64,000 nt of DNA from Kiritimatiellia bacterium (GTDB lineage Bacteria > Verrucomicrobiota > Kiritimatiellia > RFP12 > UBA1067): the NCBI GenBank assembly GCA_045656285.1, contig JAZOQY010000057.1, forward strand, positions 1,845 to 65,844, in the 5' to 3' direction. The notes under the pieces were generated by a model that worked only from the letters and a program-made list of their open reading frames with translations, was not told the DNA's origin and did no database searches. Positions 53,915-61,380 of the stretch are shown in pieces. Made by a program: the position numbers and the translations under genes. Numbering within the stretch: position 1 is the first letter of the stretch; every line of letters begins with the position of its first letter.

Positions 53915-55381
53915 CTAGTTTCCGTTGGCGTGGGGGCACGATGCGCACGGACACTTGTAGCCCTCGCCGTCGATAGACACGTCCTTGCCGGTCCAGCAGT
54001 AGGTACACAGATTCTCGGCGGGAAGTCCGATCGCCTTGACGAGATCATCGATCCGCTGGAACGCGAGCGACGTAAGATTGAGCTTTTCGCGGATGAACTC
54101 GACCATACGAGCGTAGGGCTCGCCATCGGCATCAATATACTTCGAAACGTCCGCGTTCTCGCCCTCATGCCCGCGGATATAACGGCGCGTGACGAGATCG
54201 TACTCGCTCTTTGAACGAGAGAAGTTAAGAAACTTGCAGGGATACAGAAGCGGCGGGCTCGCGATACGCATGTGCGTTTCGAGGCAGCCCTCGGAATAGA
54301 GCTTTATGGCCTGCTTGCCGAGCTGGGTGCCGCGGACGATCGAGTCGTCGCAGAAAACGAGCTTGCGGTTCTTGATGAGCCCGGGAATCGTGATAAGCTT
54401 CATCCTGGCGACATGCTCGCGCTGACGCTGATCGGACGGCATGAACGAGCGGGCCCAGGTAGGAGTGTACTTCACAAAGGGTCTTGCGTACTTGATCCCC
54501 GCCTCGTGCGCATAGCCGAGCGCATGGGAGATTCCGGAATCGGGGATTCCGCACGCGGCGTCGGCATCGGTCGGAGTGCGCTTGGCGAGCGCGCTGCCGC
54601 AGCGGTAGCGCGTCATTTCGATGTTGCGCCCTTCGTACGACGAGGCCGGATAGCCGTAGTACACCCAAAGGAACGAGCAGATCGCCATGCGCTTGCCGGG
54701 CTCGACGAGCGTAATGTCCACTTCGACGGTAAGCTCGACGACTTCACCCGGGCCGATGTCGCGAACATACTCGTAGCCGAGGTTGGCGAGCGCGCAACTC
54801 TCCATAAGCGCTATCATCGCGCCGTCCTTCTTGCCGAGAATCACCGGTGTGCGCCCCCAGCGGTCGCGCATGGCGTAAAGACGGCCGGTCTCGTCGATTA
54901 TGAGGATCGAGCAGCTGCCCTTTATCTTCTGCTGGACATACTTGAGGCCCTCAACGATCGACGACTGGGTCGCGATAAGCGCCGAAACAACTTCGGTCGG
55001 ACCTACCATTCCGCTCGTCGTCGAAAACTGCAGCTGCATCGAATTCTGCTCGAAAAGTTCCTTCTTAAGTTCATCGATATTATCGATGTAGCCTACCGTC
55101 ACGATGGCGAACGCGCCAAGCTTCGAGCACATGACGAGCGGCTGAGGATCGGTATCGGAGATTACGCCGATTCCGACCTTGCCCGAAAACTTCGGGATGT
55201 CATTCTCGAATTTGCTGCGGAACGGCGAATTCTGAATGTTGTGAATCGAGCGCTGAAAGCCCGATTCGTTCAAAAGCGCCATTCCGCCGCGGTGGGTTCC
55301 GAGATGTGAATGGTAATCCGTTCCGTAAAAGAGGTCAAGAACGCAATCGTCCTTGGAAATTACACCGCAGAACCCGCCCAT
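53915..55381 (-). CDS. purF: amidophosphoribosyltransferase-like class II glutamine amidotransferase
   Basis: N-terminal MGGFCGV (Ntn Cys) and a PRTase loop VFCDDSIVRGTQ. Has an extra Cys-rich C-terminal tail. Confidence 0.75.
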   Translation of the reverse strand: MGGFCGVISKDDCVLDLFYGTDYHSHLGTHRGGMALLNESGFQRSIHNIQNSPFRSKFENDIPKFSGKVGIGVISDTDPQPLVMCSKLGAFAIVTVGYIDNIDELKKELFEQNSMQLQFSTTSGMVGPTEVVSALIATQSSIVEGLKYVQQKIKGSCSILIIDETGRLYAMRDRWGRTPVILGKKDGAMIALMESCALANLGYEYVRDIGPGEVVELTVEVDITLVEPGKRMAICSFLWVYYGYPASSYEGRNIEMTRYRCGSALAKRTPTDADAACGIPDSGISHALGYAHEAGIKYARPFVKYTPTWARSFMPSDQRQREHVARMKLITIPGLIKNRKLVFCDDSIVRGTQLGKQAIKLYSEGCLETHMRIASPPLLYPCKFLNFSRSKSEYDLVTRRYIRGHEGENADVSKYIDADGEPYARMVEFIREKLNLTSLAFQRIDDLVKAIGLPAENLCTYCWTGKDVSIDGEGYKCPCASCPHANGN

Positions 55382-55395
55382 TTTTATAGCCTTTT

Positions 55396-55472
55396 TGGTG
55401 CGACTGACTGGGATCGAACCAGCAACCTTCGGCTTCGGAGGCCAACGCTCTATCCAATTGAGCTACAGTCGC
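55396..55472 (-). tRNA. tRNA-Arg (anticodon CCG), CCA encoded
   Basis: The reverse complement folds by hand as a cloverleaf:
- acceptor GCGACTG / CAGTCGC
- D arm GCTC / GAGC
- anticodon stem TTGGC / GCCGA with loop CTCCGAA
- T arm GCTGG-TTCGATC-CCAGT
- 3' ACCA. Confidence 0.93.
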
Positions 55473-55480
55473 GTATGTTG

Positions 55481-57064
55481 TCAGAATTCAAGCGCGTCGT
55501 ACATCATCGCGAGGAACTCGCCGTAGGTCATGCGCGTCTGCTTCATGGAATCGCGTTCGCGGACCGTGAACGTGCCGTCCTCGACGGACTGGGCGTCGAC
55601 GGTGATGCACCAGGGCGTTCCCGCCTCGTCCTGACGGCGATAGCGGCGGCCGATGGCGCCAGAGACGTCCCACATGACGTTGACCTTCTTCTGAAGCTTC
55701 ATGAAGATCTCGCGGGCAAGCTTGTCCTGGGCCTCGTCCTTCTTGATGAGCGGGAAGATGGCGACCTTGATGGGCGCAACCTTCGGGCTGAAGTGAAGGA
55801 CGGTGCGGATATCTTCTTTACCCTTCTCGTCAACGAGCTTCTCTTCCTCATAGGCCTCGCACAAAAGAGCGAGCATAAGGCGGTCGACGCCGGCGGAAGG
55901 CTCGATAACGTGGGGAACGTACTTACCGTCAAAAAGATTAAGGCAGAACTTCTCGGCGGCAACGGGATCCTTGCCGCGGGCGACCCAATCGGCCTGAACC
56001 TTCTCGATGAACGCCTTGCGGGCGGCCTCGTCCATCTTCTTGGCGGCCTGCTTCAGAGGATCGTCGAAGACCATCTGGGACTCGCCCGAATGCTTCTGGT
56101 GCTGCGAGAGGTCGAAATCGCTTCGCGCGGCGATGCCTTCGAGCTCCTGACGGCCGAAGGGGAAGTCGTATTCGATATCGACGCAGGCGCGCGCATAATG
56201 GGCGAGTTCGTCGGGCTTCTGCCAATATTCGACAAAGCGCTCGGTGGGAAGACCGACGGCGTTCAGGAACTTCTTGCGCTGCTCGACCCAGTACTTGTGC
56301 CAGACCTCCCAGCCCCAGTCGTCCTGAACGGGACCGTTGAGATCGGGATTATCGGCGAGAGTTACGACATGACCGTGAAGAATCTCAACCGCCTCATCGG
56401 GGCGGATGAAGAACTCGAGCTCCATCTGCTCGAACTCGCGGCTGCGGAACGTGTAGTTGCGCGGCGTGACTTCATTGCGGAAGCTCTTGCCCATCTGGGC
56501 GATACCGTAGGGAACGGCCTTGCGCGAAGTCGAAGTGACGTTCTGGAACTGGGCGAAAATCGCCTGAGCCGTCTCGGGACGCAGATACGCGACGTTCGAG
56601 GGATCCTCGATAGGGCCGACGATCGTCTTAAACATCAGATTGAAGGGCTTGGGCTCCGTAAGCTCGCCGCCGCAGTAGGGACAGAAGAAGTCGCTGCCGG
56701 CGATCTTGGGCTGAGGCTTCTTTTTCTGATCCTCGTAGATATCCTTGATCTGGTCGGCGCGCATGAGCTTTTTGCAGTCCTTGCACATCGTCATGGGATC
56801 GGCGAACGTATCAAGATGGCCCGACGCCTTCCAGATTTTCGGGTGCATGATGATCGTCGCGTCGAGACCGGCGACATCCTCGCGGCCACGGACGGTAAAC
56901 TGCCACCAGGCCTGCTTAACATTGTTCTTAAGCTCGCAGCCGAGCGGACCATAATCCCAAAAACCGGGCATTCCGCCGTAGATTTCGGACGAATGATAAA
57001 TAAAGCCGCGACGCTTGCAAAGAGCGCTGAGCGGATCGAGAGACGATTTGTTTTCTTCTGCCAT
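55481..57064 (-). CDS. glyQS: glycine--tRNA ligase (dimeric GlyQS type)
   Basis: Start MAEENKSSLD at 57064. RGFIYHSSEIYGGMPGFWDYGPLG and YLRPETAQ motifs. Confidence 0.92.
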   Translation of the reverse strand: MAEENKSSLDPLSALCKRRGFIYHSSEIYGGMPGFWDYGPLGCELKNNVKQAWWQFTVRGREDVAGLDATIIMHPKIWKASGHLDTFADPMTMCKDCKKLMRADQIKDIYEDQKKKPQPKIAGSDFFCPYCGGELTEPKPFNLMFKTIVGPIEDPSNVAYLRPETAQAIFAQFQNVTSTSRKAVPYGIAQMGKSFRNEVTPRNYTFRSREFEQMELEFFIRPDEAVEILHGHVVTLADNPDLNGPVQDDWGWEVWHKYWVEQRKKFLNAVGLPTERFVEYWQKPDELAHYARACVDIEYDFPFGRQELEGIAARSDFDLSQHQKHSGESQMVFDDPLKQAAKKMDEAARKAFIEKVQADWVARGKDPVAAEKFCLNLFDGKYVPHVIEPSAGVDRLMLALLCEAYEEEKLVDEKGKEDIRTVLHFSPKVAPIKVAIFPLIKKDEAQDKLAREIFMKLQKKVNVMWDVSGAIGRRYRRQDEAGTPWCITVDAQSVEDGTFTVRERDSMKQTRMTYGEFLAMMYDALEF

Positions 57065-57074
57065 AATGCGTGAT

Positions 57075-57083
57075 ATTATACCA
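57075..57083 (-). promoter_or_regulatory. extended -10 element (TGGTATAAT) immediately upstream of glyQS
   Basis: Minus strand reads cagaTTTGGTATAATatcacgcattATG, with 10 nt between the -10 and the ATG. Confidence 0.5.
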
Positions 57084-57126
57084 AATCTGATAATACGATA
57101 CAAATAGGAGTATTTCCCTTAACCGC

Positions 57127-59961
<2,835 letters not shown>

Positions 59962-59972
59962 TTATTTATTCT

Positions 59973-60001
59973 ATTATATCATTAAGAAACCCTCATGGCT
60001 A
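59973..60001 (-). promoter_or_regulatory. promoter TAGCCA-17-TGATATAAT for lacZ; the -35 is the terminal unit of CTAG block 1
   Basis: Minus strand: TAGCCA (60001-59996), 17-nt spacer, TATAAT (59978-59973) preceded by TGA. 26 nt to the ATG at 59946. Confidence 0.5.
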
Positions 60002-60335
60002 GTGGTAGAGAGGAACTAGATAGGCTAGAGTGTCTAGATGGGCTAGAGCCCTAGATTTCTAGAAATGCTAGACTTACTAGATGGACTAGAAGTTCTAGAT
60101 AATCTAGATAGTCGTTAGTCGCTAGTCGCTCTAGCCCCTCTAACCAATCTAGCCCGTCTAGTCTAGCCCCTCTAGCCCATCTAGCCTATCTAGGCTCCCC
60201 CTCGCTCCTAGCCCATCTAGCGCCTCTAGCCCATCTAGGCTCCCCCTCGCTCCTAGCTAATCTAGCGCCTCTAGCCAATCTAGCCTAGCCCCTAACTCCT
60301 AGTCCCTAGCCCCTCTCCCCCTAGCCTCGCCTTCA
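59997..60335. repeat. CTAG-dense block 1: two opposed arrays of a 9-bp unit (GGCTAGAn / nTCTAGCCC) around a TAGTCGY heptamer hinge
   Basis: I read 32 CTAG in about 325 bp, mostly spaced 9 bp apart. In the left arm CTAG is followed by A. In the right arm it is preceded by T and followed by C. A perfect palindrome ATTTCTAGAAAT lies at 60055-60066. Confidence 0.9.
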
Positions 60336-60972
60336 GCGCGGCGATCTCGCGCTTAAGCGAGGCGTTTTCGGCTTTCAGCGCGGCGATTTCTTCGTTTTGG
60401 GTCTTGCGCCGCCCTAAGCGCGCGGCGGTCATCCGCTCTCGAATACCGCCGTTTTCAGTAAAATCGGTTTCTTTGTTTTTAAGATGAGTGGCTATCATCT
60501 TATCAACCATATGACAAAGTGTATTGGCGCAATTAGCGAGCTCTTCGTCGGTCCACTTCTCGAAAAAAGGCTCATATTCTTCAAGCTTATTGCGCTGACG
60601 GCAAAACTTCAAAAGCCCGTCGTAACGCGGATGCTTTTTATCCCAGAGAACGAGCGAGCGCGAGCGAATATAATCAAGATAATCCTCTTTAAGTTCTTTA
60701 AGGCTCGCGCGGGCGACATTAAGAAGTTTAAGTTCCATTTCGGTCGAAGTAACGCCGTCAGCGCAGCCTTCAACGATGTTCTGCTTACCGCTACGCGCAG
60801 CCTGAATCATCTGATCGACGGTACGATCGCCATGACGAGGCAAAAAGCGCTTACAGAAAACATAAGTCATCTGATAAAGAACAACAGTCTTCTGATAGAA
60901 GAAGAGCTTCTCCCAGTTAGTCTGATCTCTAAGGATTTTAACCGGCTCTTTAGTAGGCTCATGTGGTTTCAT
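60292..60972 (-). CDS. four-helix-bundle protein (23S rRNA-IVS / Avd-like family) with suffix domain and C-terminal coiled coil
   Basis: NWEKLFFYQKTVVLYQMTYVFCKRF...DQMIQAARSGKQNIVEGC...LLNVARASLKELKEDYLDYI matches my memory of four-helix-bundle plus suffix-domain proteins. The C-terminus carries EEIAALKAENASLKREIAALKARL heptads. The last ~12 codons and the stop lie inside block 1. Confidence 0.7.
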   Translation of the reverse strand: MKPHEPTKEPVKILRDQTNWEKLFFYQKTVVLYQMTYVFCKRFLPRHGDRTVDQMIQAARSGKQNIVEGCADGVTSTEMELKLLNVARASLKELKEDYLDYIRSRSLVLWDKKHPRYDGLLKFCRQRNKLEEYEPFFEKWTDEELANCANTLCHMVDKMIATHLKNKETDFTENGGIRERMTAARLGRRKTQNEEIAALKAENASLKREIAALKARLGGEGLGTRS

Positions 60973-60981
60973 AGCAGTAAC

Positions 60982-61010
60982 ATTATAGCACTAAGCAAAG
61001 CCTCTGGCTA
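60982..61010 (-). promoter_or_regulatory. promoter TAGCCA-17-TGCTATAAT for the four-helix-bundle gene; the -35 is the terminal unit of CTAG block 2
   Basis: Minus strand: TAGCCA (61010-61005), 17-nt spacer, TATAAT (60987-60982) preceded by TGC. Only 9 nt to the ATG at 60972. Confidence 0.5.
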
Positions 61011-61320
61011 GAGAAAATCTAGAGAGTCGCTAGATGGGCTAGAGGGTCTAGATGAGCTAGAGTAGCTAGAGGGTCTAGAGCTCTAGATTTCTAGAAACGC
61101 TAGATAGGCTAGAGGTTCTAGACAATCTAGATAGTCGCTAGTCGTTAGCGGTTAGTCGTTAGTCTAGACTATCTAGCCCGTCTAGTCTAGCCCATCTAGC
61201 GCCTCTAGTTAATCTAGCCTAGCCCTTCTAGCCAATCTAGCCCCTCTAGCCCATCTAGTCTAGCGCTTCTAGCCTATCTAGCCCGTCTAGGCTCCCCCTC
61301 GCCTCTAGCCCCCGCCCTCG
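61006..61320. repeat. CTAG-dense block 2, homologous to block 1 (same arm/hinge/arm layout)
   Basis: I read 32 CTAG in about 300 bp, again phased at 9 bp. It shares long stretches with block 1: ctagatttctagaaa(t/c)gctaga, atctagatagtcg, atctagcccgtctagtctagccc, ctaggctccccctcgc. Confidence 0.9.
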
Positions 61321-61325
61321 CAACT

Positions 61326-61351
61326 AAAAAAGGCCCGGGTTGCCCCGAGCC
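61326..61351 (-). terminator. Rho-independent terminator after the surface-protein gene
   Basis: Minus-strand RNA forms GGCUCGGG-GCAA-CCCGGGCC followed by UUUUUU, about 30 nt after the stop at 61381. A T-run also follows on the plus strand. Confidence 0.75.
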
Positions 61352-61380
61352 TTTTAGTTCATCTAACCGCAATTCTGCGA

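Noticed and set aside
59997-60335. The CTAG blocks as coding sequence for a tripeptide-repeat protein, since 9 bp equals 3 codons.
   Set aside because: CTAG places TAG in one frame on each strand. The irregular 5-, 8-, 11- and 18-bp units shift phase, so every frame is interrupted. The ORF track shows no long ORF across the blocks except the 3' end of the four-helix-bundle gene.
59997-61320. The CTAG blocks as a CRISPR array.
   Set aside because: The period is 9 bp with no unique spacers of 25-40 bp. There is no repeat of CRISPR length, no leader and no cas genes in the window.
59997-61320. The four-helix-bundle gene as part of a 23S rRNA intervening sequence, or as the Avd of a diversity-generating retroelement.
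   Set aside because: No rRNA-like sequence flanks it; the neighbours are lacZ and an adhesin gene. No reverse transcriptase ORF or template/variable repeat pair is visible within the window. A DGR partly outside the window cannot be excluded.
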